A stretch of DNA of 32,000 nucleotides. Origin: Candidatus Saccharibacteria bacterium oral taxon 488. Its GTDB lineage: Bacteria > Patescibacteriota > Saccharimonadia > Saccharimonadales > Saccharimonadaceae. Below, in pieces: positions 8,884 to 17,029 of this stretch. The stretch is from positions 821,180-853,179 of the forward strand of contig CP047921.1 of assembly GCA_010202845.1 (NCBI GenBank), written 5' to 3'. Numbering within the stretch: the stretch's first letter is position 1; every line of letters begins with the position of its first letter. The notes below the pieces were generated by a model. That model made no database searches and was not told the DNA's origin. It was given only the letters and a program-made list of their open reading frames with translations. A program made the translations under genes and the position numbers.

Positions 8884-9762
8884 TTACGCTGCGAGACCAC
8901 ACCGCTCCTTGATGTATTGAATCTCCTTCTCGATTACATCCGGATTCAGAGGACCCCTCATCTCAAGCGACAACCAGCCCTGATAGCTAACACTCCTGAG
9001 GGCGTCCACATATTTTCCTTGAGGAATATCCAGCGCAGATGAAAGTCGCGCCAAGTCTGGAGCGCTGGCATCAATACCGCGTACACTGTCTCTATGGTCA
9101 CGAATCAGCGAAGCTAAATCCCCCGGCGTGTCCCCAGCACCAAACATCGCCGCTGTATCAGGATGAATTCCAAACCCCGGATGGTCGATGCGATCAGCCA
9201 GTTTCCTGGCTTGGTTTAGGTTTTCCACGAACTTGTTGCCATAGCCTGATAGCGGCTCGAATGCTATCTGCGTATTGTTATCATGGGCCGCAATAGCAAC
9301 TCTACCAAACAGTTTAGCCGCTCTCTCCATAGCCTGCTCGCCACTAAGCTCTCCTGGGTTACGCAATCCCGGTGAACCAAATGACATCGAGTCTGCACCG
9401 AGTGACCCGGCAAGGTCGGTTAGTCTCTTTAGGTGTTCTGCCAGATTTTTACCCTCTTCTTCAGTACCGAAAATCTTCGCATTCTCTCCAACCCCGTATG
9501 TCAAAGATTGCAGCCCAACACACGCTAGACCGAAGCCCCCAAGCTTTTTGCGATATTCTCCAGCTTTCCGCTTCAAAGTTTCGAGTCGATCCCCAGAGAG
9601 ATTGGCAATTTCTGATACACTTGGCCAAATTATCGTTGGCGCAACCACAAGCCCTTCAACACCACACTGCGACACGCGGTCTAGCGCTGCTGCTTGTTGA
9701 CCTTCACCTTCACCAAAAGCAATATTCGAGATAGCAAGCTTCATTGACTTCTTCGAATTCAT
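8884..9762 (-). CDS. second xylose-isomerase-like TIM-barrel protein (paralogue of 8034..8852)
   Basis: 292 aa. It shares MKLAISNIAFG, HPDTAAMFGAG and LSLEMR with its neighbour. ATG 9762 is preferred over 9744 because of the -10 box 6 nt upstream. Confidence 0.72.
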   Translation of the reverse strand: MNSKKSMKLAISNIAFGEGEGQQAAALDRVSQCGVEGLVVAPTIIWPSVSEIANLSGDRLETLKRKAGEYRKKLGGFGLACVGLQSLTYGVGENAKIFGTEEEGKNLAEHLKRLTDLAGSLGADSMSFGSPGLRNPGELSGEQAMERAAKLFGRVAIAAHDNNTQIAFEPLSGYGNKFVENLNQARKLADRIDHPGFGIHPDTAAMFGAGDTPGDLASLIRDHRDSVRGIDASAPDLARLSSALDIPQGKYVDALRSVSYQGWLSLEMRGPLNPDVIEKEIQYIKERCGLAA

Positions 9763-9777
9763 ACCCGCATTATACCA
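9763..9777 (-). promoter_or_regulatory. extended -10 TGGTATAAT, 6 nt before ATG 9762
   Basis: The minus strand reads TGGTATAAT-GCGGGT-ATG. Confidence 0.6.
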
Positions 9778-9780
9778 TGA

Positions 9781-10542
9781 TTACTTATTTTTTGCAACAA
9801 ACTCCTTGATGCCGGCCAGCTCTTGCTCCTTTGTGTATAGATAATTACCTTCACCACCATACACTTCAGCGTATTTACTGTGCATATCCCAATAGGCTGG
9901 CGTCACGCCCTCTGGTGTGTTGGTAAATTCCATACCAAAGGCGACCCTGGCGACTTCCCGCGTGCTGACTGGTGGCGTCGCAAAATTAACCAGCGGCAGA
10001 TTATTCTCGAGAGCAATAGTGATATCACGCCAGATATTAGCGAGATTATAGTACTGATACATACCATCAGCATGAATTTTCTCAACCATGTTATTGTTCA
10101 TCAGATCATAAATAACATTCTTCTTCAGCCCATCGCCAAATAGCCCCGGCAGGCGAACAATTGTTGTGTCAAAGTTCTCACGACAGAATTGCTCAAGATA
10201 ATACCTATTAACTCCGTATGGCAAAAGCCCTTCGGTTTCAATGGGTGTATCTTCGTTAGCACCATTTGGGTTTTTATAAACACCGACTGTTGAAATCAGG
10301 ACGAGCTTCTTAATCTTTGCCTTTTTGATGTGTGAGATAAACCCTTCAATCTCCGCACGGTCAACCTCTGGCTCCTGATTGATCCGCCACATCTCAGCAC
10401 GGTTTGCAGCGCTCACCACCAGGTCGTACTCTTGACCTTCAATGTCAGCTATATTTTTGCTGTTATAATAATCGTCAAACTCGTGTTGACTCTTTATATT
10501 CCCACCGACAAAGCCAGTGTACCCAATTAATGCAGTTTTCAT
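9781..10542 (-). CDS. short NAD(P)-dependent epimerase/reductase-like Rossmann protein (253 aa)
   Basis: The N-terminal MKTALIGYTGFVGGNI carries a GxxGxxG dinucleotide-binding motif. AGGAGG sits 8 nt upstream of the ATG. Confidence 0.7.
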   Translation of the reverse strand: MKTALIGYTGFVGGNIKSQHEFDDYYNSKNIADIEGQEYDLVVSAANRAEMWRINQEPEVDRAEIEGFISHIKKAKIKKLVLISTVGVYKNPNGANEDTPIETEGLLPYGVNRYYLEQFCRENFDTTIVRLPGLFGDGLKKNVIYDLMNNNMVEKIHADGMYQYYNLANIWRDITIALENNLPLVNFATPPVSTREVARVAFGMEFTNTPEGVTPAYWDMHSKYAEVYGGEGNYLYTKEQELAGIKEFVAKNK

Positions 10543-10644
10543 AGTATATTCCTCCTGGCTACAATTATGTCAGATTTTATATAAAACTCAACGATAGCCA
10601 GTATGGACATGCGACAATATCAATTATAGAATGGTTTAGGTACT

Positions 10645-12762
10645 ATGAAGAAACCTAAAATTTTAGGCCAGATAACTCTTAAACAAGCGCTGCTTTTTAC
10701 CGCAGTATTTGTAAGTATTGCCCACTTGTTGGTTTTCGTAGGCTACGCTGTGTTCGCAGCTCTCGGGAATGGCCTGGCGATGGATTCCTATGCGGCCAAT
10801 GGGACGTTCCAGCTATACAACCCCCTCCGTCGATTACTTGATGGTGAAGTTTTAGCACGAGACTTTCCATTCTTTCACGGGGTAGGAGTTCCCCTGCTTC
10901 ATTTCCCCTTGTTTTACATCATGGGGCACAACTTATTTGCTGTAGAGGTTGCAAAGTTACTAGTATCACCACTCATATTCCTCATCTCGTCTTTCTTGCT
11001 ATTTTGGGCTTACTTCAAAAATGTAAAGAAAGCGGTCTTTACAACAAGTATATTTACCGTCATTTCACTGCTGTGCATCGATGCGATTTGGGCGGGTAAT
11101 TCCCTTCTAGGTCTCAGGACAGCCTTTCCATTCATTGCAGCAGCATTTATGTTATGGCACCCAGACTGGCATGTTAATATCGGTAAACATAAAACGAAAG
11201 TCAACCTTTATTACCCCATTCTATACACCCTCATGGGGATTTCCGTCGCGTGCGGAACCGAACAGGGTCTAGCATTCATGCTTGCTTATGTGCTCATCAG
11301 GGTAATTCAGTATATTCGTTCCAAAGAGATGATAAAAAAGCGGATGCTGGCATTTATTGGCGAGTTATGTGGTGTAGCACTGGCTACGTATGTCGTGCTT
11401 TCAATTATGACGCTTGGCCACGCACACGAGGCACTTTACTATGCACTCGTTGAGGTTTCAGGCGACCAAGGATGGTACTTTGGCGCTCCACCAAATAATT
11501 TTTTGCAATTAAGCAATCTTGATCAGTTATTCACCAACAGGATGCTATTCTACATGCTGCCCATCATTATCGGCGGTGTTGTTGCCTATATAATTGGTGT
11601 AAAGAAAGCTCTACTGTCCAAAAAAGAAACGTTCGTTTTCTCTATCTTGCTACTATATGGCCTGGTGGTCTTTGCTGTTTCTGCCACTGGTTACTGGGCA
11701 CCTAGTGCGCAGCTCATACCACTAGAGCGAGCAGCAGGAGTTATTCTTGTGGCGACAGCAACTCGTGTGATATATAACCTGATCCGAGCAAAAAAATCGA
11801 CTCCTAACGCTAAAAGTAAAGGCTTCTCGGTCTTAGCATTCGGGTTATTGCTTGGTAGCATCATCGCCCTAGGATATAACACGGCGATATTTCTACAAAA
11901 AATTGATTGGATGCCGCTAAGACACATTATTACCGAGTCAAAAAAGGCCAGGCATTCTACTGATGATGCTGAATATGTCAGCACCGCCTGGAGGAAGCGC
12001 CTCGAGGCCTTTGCTCCACATATTGAAAAGGGGGCACGTGTCTGGTCTACCTACACCAGTGTTTATGATTCGATTCGCCAACAGAAAAATGGATCTTCGG
12101 GGGGTGAAGACTATATTATACACGCCCTAGGCCCCGCCAGAAGAAATCGTTACACTCAAGATTTTATAACCCAAAAGCCTGATTACGTCATAACCCTAAA
12201 TCCCTCATATTTTAAATATGAGGAGTGGCTGTGGACTCGTCACTGGGCATTTTATAAGGAGCTTCAGGATAACTACACTATCATTGCAACAAATGATTCT
12301 CATGTTTTGTGGAAACGTCAGGCGAGTAATGCAGCCCAAGAAAAGACGAATCACCCGAAACACCGCATACAAAAAGACACAAACGGAGATTATGTCATTA
12401 CTGCTGGTGCCGCAAACAATATACGCGTGTTTGAGGTGTCGGTTCGCTACAGTGCTAGAAGCGTTCTACCTATGACCGCTAAATTACCGAGATACCTCCT
12501 AGAGTTATCTGGATCATCACTACAAAAACATCCTGTGTCGCTACCACAATACGACACGAGCTGGAGCTTCCCTGTGGCACTGGCACCAAATGATTCATCC
12601 ATACGAATTTCGCCAAAAGTTTATAGTTTGATACCGGGAGCTTCTCTGGAAATACAAGACGTATCTTACCGCGAAGTCACCGCCCAAAATAATCTATATA
12701 TCTATCAAAGTAACTTTTGCCTACATAACGCTAATAAATGCGAAGGGATTGATAAACGCTAG
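10645..12762 (+). CDS. large polytopic membrane protein (705 aa) with ~270-aa C-terminal soluble domain; possible GT-C-type glycosyltransferase or polymerase
   Basis: About 400 aa of repeated hydrophobic spans are followed by a hydrophilic C-terminal region. It lies in a glycan cluster. I recognise no family motif. Confidence 0.6.
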   Translation: MKKPKILGQITLKQALLFTAVFVSIAHLLVFVGYAVFAALGNGLAMDSYAANGTFQLYNPLRRLLDGEVLARDFPFFHGVGVPLLHFPLFYIMGHNLFAVEVAKLLVSPLIFLISSFLLFWAYFKNVKKAVFTTSIFTVISLLCIDAIWAGNSLLGLRTAFPFIAAAFMLWHPDWHVNIGKHKTKVNLYYPILYTLMGISVACGTEQGLAFMLAYVLIRVIQYIRSKEMIKKRMLAFIGELCGVALATYVVLSIMTLGHAHEALYYALVEVSGDQGWYFGAPPNNFLQLSNLDQLFTNRMLFYMLPIIIGGVVAYIIGVKKALLSKKETFVFSILLLYGLVVFAVSATGYWAPSAQLIPLERAAGVILVATATRVIYNLIRAKKSTPNAKSKGFSVLAFGLLLGSIIALGYNTAIFLQKIDWMPLRHIITESKKARHSTDDAEYVSTAWRKRLEAFAPHIEKGARVWSTYTSVYDSIRQQKNGSSGGEDYIIHALGPARRNRYTQDFITQKPDYVITLNPSYFKYEEWLWTRHWAFYKELQDNYTIIATNDSHVLWKRQASNAAQEKTNHPKHRIQKDTNGDYVITAGAANNIRVFEVSVRYSARSVLPMTAKLPRYLLELSGSSLQKHPVSLPQYDTSWSFPVALAPNDSSIRISPKVYSLIPGASLEIQDVSYREVTAQNNLYIYQSNFCLHNANKCEGIDKR

Positions 12763-14127
12763 CTACGAGCGGCGGCCTTCTTTCTTTGGTTGGCTTAATA
12801 TTATCGTGAATAGTCCGGACAGTATCGCCGCAAAAACCGACCAATACATATACCGATAATCAACCGCCACCGCCATAGGAAAGTATGCCACGATATATAT
12901 AAGACCCGACAAAGCCACCGCACGGATAAAGCGTCGCTGTACCTGTTCTCGTATTCTCCCGCTCTTATAGTAAATGAAGACAAGGACAGCAAGATATAGC
13001 CACGGCTGGAAAATCAGAGGGATATTCGCCTGAGCGCCGCCTTTAACATATGCCGCTAGACCACTAACGGCATATTCATTCTTTACCGCGGCACCGACCT
13101 GATTTTGCTCAATGCCGGGCTGAAAAATATACATACGCTCTGGTTGTGGAAAAAGAAATATCGAAAAAGTTGCCAACCGATATGATGCATATTTTATTGG
13201 ATGTCTTACGATCGTCAATAGCCAATCATTAAATACACCTTGATGTTCATTTTTGAGTGCTTCTCGCTGGGCGGCCGTTGTACATATGATATAAGAATTC
13301 ATAATATCTTTTGTTTTATCGCGACAGGTGTCATGGATTTTTTTGTACATAGACCACCGACCGTGATGTTCTCTATCAAGATTAGCAACGTGAACTATAT
13401 CGTCAAGCTGCACAGCGGTAATTGGATGAGTTTTTTCACTAGGCTGATTAATGACAGCAGTGACACCAATCGTCACTATTAAACCCGCCGCTATACAGGC
13501 AAAACCGCCCCATACAGGAAGTCGCTTGGTAAATAATCTCGGTAGCACAAACAAGATAGGCAGCACCGCAAATAATGCGTTATATCGTAACATGCCGGCA
13601 TAGAGAATCAATAACAGCGCCAGTCCGACAATACCATACTTAACAGTACGTCCTAGTGGTTTTTTACTGCTTATGATGAACCAGATGAGGATTACCGCCA
13701 ACGTCAGACTGAATGCCATCTGAACATCTTTCCATATTACGCCAGCAATGTTCACTATATTAGGCAGTAGCAAAATCATGTAGGTAGAAAGAGCCCATGC
13801 GCGATTACGAGTGTGCCGATACACGAGAATCGACAGCACAAACATAGCCGTAACAAGTAGTACCAGCTGAAAAATCAACATAGATGAAATGTGGCCAGTT
13901 ACTCTAATCAGAAATCCCCACAGCCGCGTCATCACTGGCGGATGCCAATCAGTAAGGTGAGCTACGCCCGTGGCTTGCTCAAGGTGGCTGATGGAGTCGG
14001 GCGACATATATCCAGGATAGAAAACAATAACAAGTAGCGCTAGCATACACACTGCTACTAACGCAGACTGGATGTGAAATTTTGAGAGGCTATTTTTTAT
14101 GCTTGCGATATTTACCGGCCACCGCAT
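12763..14127 (-). CDS. polytopic membrane protein (454 aa), GT-C-like candidate
   Basis: About 10 or more hydrophobic spans. An acidic motif in the first loop (YPGYMSPDSISHLEQ) sits where GT-C enzymes carry their catalytic Asp/Glu. GAAGGTG lies 7 nt before ATG 14127. There is a 38-nt overlap with the upstream gene. Confidence 0.6.
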   Translation of the reverse strand: MRWPVNIASIKNSLSKFHIQSALVAVCMLALLVIVFYPGYMSPDSISHLEQATGVAHLTDWHPPVMTRLWGFLIRVTGHISSMLIFQLVLLVTAMFVLSILVYRHTRNRAWALSTYMILLLPNIVNIAGVIWKDVQMAFSLTLAVILIWFIISSKKPLGRTVKYGIVGLALLLILYAGMLRYNALFAVLPILFVLPRLFTKRLPVWGGFACIAAGLIVTIGVTAVINQPSEKTHPITAVQLDDIVHVANLDREHHGRWSMYKKIHDTCRDKTKDIMNSYIICTTAAQREALKNEHQGVFNDWLLTIVRHPIKYASYRLATFSIFLFPQPERMYIFQPGIEQNQVGAAVKNEYAVSGLAAYVKGGAQANIPLIFQPWLYLAVLVFIYYKSGRIREQVQRRFIRAVALSGLIYIVAYFPMAVAVDYRYMYWSVFAAILSGLFTIILSQPKKEGRRS

Positions 14128-14926
14128 AGAATAACACCTTCAGAACGTGCATGTTCCCCTTAATTGGGCTGATTTTTGTTGGTGTCTTGCCCTTCTTCGG
14201 ATAGGTTCGTACCACTGGCGTTTCGGCCGTTTTATATTGTTTGCGGCGGCTACTCTCGATAGCGAGGTAGTAATGAAGCTCATAGGTTTGAAATATATCA
14301 CGGAATACGGCAATATCTGGGTCTTTAAGTAGCTTTGCACTGTAGGCGCGGAATCCATTTGTGGTATCGGTATGCCTCTTACCAGCCGCAAGACTTATCA
14401 GCGGCGCATGAATAAGATGAAGACCTATCTCTCTCGAAAGCGGTGTGTTTACCGCCTTACCACCTGGTATAAACCGTGAGCCCTGAATGTGGTCATATCC
14501 TTGGTCAAGCAGCTTAATAAAGTCAGGAATTCTCTCTATACTATCCTTGCCGTTGCCATCAACAACGACCACTCCTTCATAACCCTCAGAAAGAGCCCAG
14601 GCAAACGCCATCCTCATCTGTGCGCTCAATTTGCCCTTGCCTTTTTTCGTCAACAAAGCGCGTACGTCTTGAGATTTCAAGAAATCAGCCTCAAGTGAAC
14701 CATCAGTGCTACCACCATCAGCTACTATAATGTCAATCTGTTTTGCTAACGGCTTCATTTTTTGTAATTGCTTCTGAATTCGCTCTCCTTCATTAATGAC
14801 GAAAACACACACGCAATATTTGTGCTTTTTCTTGTTTATTTCATTTACTTCAAAGTCTGGAAACTCCCACTCCGGATGGTCTTGACGAATATGATCTTGT
14901 TTATTGACTACGGGGGTTTTTGTCAT
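14090..14926 (-). CDS. GT2 glycosyltransferase, DPM1/polyprenyl-phosphate-sugar-synthase-like (278 aa)
   Basis: CVCVFVINEGERI ... IIVADGGSTDGS ... VVVDGNGKD ... TNGFRAYS follows the GT-A DxD-type layout. The start overlaps the upstream stop as ATGA (14923-14926). Confidence 0.8.
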   Translation of the reverse strand: MTKTPVVNKQDHIRQDHPEWEFPDFEVNEINKKKHKYCVCVFVINEGERIQKQLQKMKPLAKQIDIIVADGGSTDGSLEADFLKSQDVRALLTKKGKGKLSAQMRMAFAWALSEGYEGVVVVDGNGKDSIERIPDFIKLLDQGYDHIQGSRFIPGGKAVNTPLSREIGLHLIHAPLISLAAGKRHTDTTNGFRAYSAKLLKDPDIAVFRDIFQTYELHYYLAIESSRRKQYKTAETPVVRTYPKKGKTPTKISPIKGNMHVLKVLFYAVAGKYRKHKK

Positions 14927-15927
14927 GATGCAATATTCTTCCTTTCTGCATTTGCTAGTGACGTTGTACTACTTAGCTCATCAAGCACATAATACCGAGC
15001 ATCCCGCCGTGATTCCACTAATATCTTGCCAATATATTCGGACAGAATCACCATAAATAAAAATAGGATGAAAAACATTCCTGATAGCTCAAGCGACGTC
15101 GACACCCAGCCCTCAGCAACATTCTTTTTGGTAAGGGCTATGATTACAACATAAAGCGCATACACCAAGTTCACAACACTGGCAAAGAACCCAACCCACG
15201 ACATAAAGCGGAGCGGATGCGTCGAGTGGCTGGTAATGATATCGAGCGCCTCTAGTGTCCCCCGCCCGAAGCCATGTTTTTTTACAGGATCAACCAGAGG
15301 TGAATAGGTATACTCGGTATATGAATAGCCGATAGTCCTTATCATGTGCCGAATGTGGCTATCATGTCGAGTTGATAGAGTTATCGCTCGTATGGCACGA
15401 CGATTAAGAGATATAAGATATGTTGCTTGTAGTGGAATATCTATATTGATGTATTTACGATTATACCAATAAAACAACCTGCGACCGATACCAGATTTTG
15501 ACAAAAGGCGCTTTGTGGTTATGTCGGCAACACCCTGCACGATATCGTGTTTTTTATTCGCCTCAACAATGTTCATTACATCCTCTATGCCGTCAATAGC
15601 GGGATTAGTTACTACCGCATAATCGCCAATCGCCCCCTCGAGACCAGCAATAATGGCGATGTCATATGTGTATTGTCGAGAGAGGCGGATAAGCCGCATA
15701 CACGGTAATTCATCAAGGAGTCCACTAACAGCAATCACACTATTTTGACTCAAATCATTATCGACAATTATAATCTCATAATTTGTGTAGCTACCCATTA
15801 ATCTCTGTGAGAGCCTGCGACAATAGTCGGGAAAACCATCAAAGTCGCACGTTACGACAATAACCGACACAAAGATGTCTTGTTTACTCGATTTTTTATT
15901 TGTCTTAGTTGAACTATTTCTTGCCAT
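14923..15927 (-). CDS. GT2 glycosyltransferase with two C-terminal TM helices, GtrB/ArnC-like polyprenyl-phosphate glycosyltransferase
   Basis: VSVIVVTCDF ... YEIIIVDNDLSQNS forms the GT-A core. C-terminal helices FMSWVGFFASVVNLVYALYVVIIAL and LSGMFFILFLFMVILSEYIGKIL match the GtrB/ArnC topology. There is a 14-nt overlap with the upstream gene. Confidence 0.78.
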   Translation of the reverse strand: MARNSSTKTNKKSSKQDIFVSVIVVTCDFDGFPDYCRRLSQRLMGSYTNYEIIIVDNDLSQNSVIAVSGLLDELPCMRLIRLSRQYTYDIAIIAGLEGAIGDYAVVTNPAIDGIEDVMNIVEANKKHDIVQGVADITTKRLLSKSGIGRRLFYWYNRKYINIDIPLQATYLISLNRRAIRAITLSTRHDSHIRHMIRTIGYSYTEYTYSPLVDPVKKHGFGRGTLEALDIITSHSTHPLRFMSWVGFFASVVNLVYALYVVIIALTKKNVAEGWVSTSLELSGMFFILFLFMVILSEYIGKILVESRRDARYYVLDELSSTTSLANAERKNIAS

Positions 15928-17029
15928 ATAGCTTGTCTAACTCCTCGTACACATCGTAAATATTATCTAGCTTACCGCCCATTATACAAACATACCCGTT
16001 GTAACCCAAGTGGGCCTTAAACAAAATAGGACGGCTATCATCATCTTCACTCTTAACGAGCACTGTCTTTACCTCAACGATCGACTCCTCGTATTTCATG
16101 TCCTTGAGGGCTGGGATAAAACGCACCACGTCGTTATACATTTGTTTATAATTACTCTGAAAAGAACTTTTGTCGAGATAGGCGTGTGTGTCAATTTTTT
16201 CAGCCGGCGTATCCTCGTTGTCAACCCATGACTCGTGCGGCGTATACCTGACATGAGAGAGTGTATATAATCCCCTGGAGGGAAACGGCATAATAGAGAA
16301 AAACGGACCGTCCATCACCGTAATACTAAAGTCCTTTAGATGCTCCGGCAAGCTCACCAAACACATCTCTGTAACTTCATGCTTCAAGCCAACAAGCGGT
16401 ATATTTGATGCACGATGGAGCGTGTTAATGTTAGCATACGTGCAATTTAATACGAAGTCGCCCCTGAATTTGCCACCATTAGTAATAACGCACAGTCCAT
16501 CTGGCGTTTCATCAATCATCGTAACGCGACAGCCAGTGTGAAGCGTTATTCCCGGACGATCGTTAATTTGCCGTAGTAAGTCGTCTCTCAGGGCGTGGGC
16601 ATTAAAGGCATATTCTTTAACCTTAAAAACTTCTTCAATGAGATTTTTATTAAACATTTTTTGAATGTTTGGCGGAGCTACCGCTATATCTGCCTCGATC
16701 TTATCCGCAAAATTCTTGAATTGATGCGCATTAACCTTGGATAGATGCTTGGCAACAGCATAGTATTTATTAAAATCTGAATGAATTGCCGTCCCAAACT
16801 GTTTTGTAAAGCGCGGAAAATTAACTGCCGAACGATATCCCGTTAGAATACTTCTAGGGTAGTGGTAGCCATTGTGTACCCTAGCCTGATTAACATATGA
16901 CGCCCGAGTCATTGTCTGTTTTTCTTTCTCTAAAATATCAATATTCTTGACACCCAGGGTGTCGTACAGGTACAGCGCTACACTCAATCCATAAAAACCA
17001 CCGCCAATTATCACCGTTTTGTTACGCAC
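15914..17029 (-). CDS. FAD-dependent oxidoreductase (DAO/GlpD-like fold)
   Basis: KTVIIGGGFYGLSVALYL carries a GxGxxG motif at the N-terminus, and ARVHNGYHYPRS resembles the GlpD/DAO family. I chose GTG 17029 (GGAGA 5 nt upstream) over the track start at 17071. This gives an 8-nt overlap with the upstream stop. Confidence 0.72.
   Translation of the reverse strand: MRNKTVIIGGGFYGLSVALYLYDTLGVKNIDILEKEKQTMTRASYVNQARVHNGYHYPRSILTGYRSAVNFPRFTKQFGTAIHSDFNKYYAVAKHLSKVNAHQFKNFADKIEADIAVAPPNIQKMFNKNLIEEVFKVKEYAFNAHALRDDLLRQINDRPGITLHTGCRVTMIDETPDGLCVITNGGKFRGDFVLNCTYANINTLHRASNIPLVGLKHEVTEMCLVSLPEHLKDFSITVMDGPFFSIMPFPSRGLYTLSHVRYTPHESWVDNEDTPAEKIDTHAYLDKSSFQSNYKQMYNDVVRFIPALKDMKYEESIVEVKTVLVKSEDDDSRPILFKAHLGYNGYVCIMGGKLDNIYDVYEELDKLYGKK

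Noticed and set aside
10543-10644. The 102-bp divergent intergenic region as a possible riboswitch or small RNA.
   Set aside because: I could find no conserved-looking stem-loops. It is adequately explained by the SD of the 10542 gene and a TAGAAT -10 box 12 nt before ATG 10645.
15914-17029. The flavoprotein as UDP-galactopyranose mutase (Glf).
   Set aside because: Size and the N-terminal GxGxxG fit. However, the segment after the dinucleotide fold (ARVHNGYHYPRS) looks more like DAO/GlpD-type oxidoreductases than the Glf sequences I recall. I left it as a generic FAD oxidoreductase pending a profile search.
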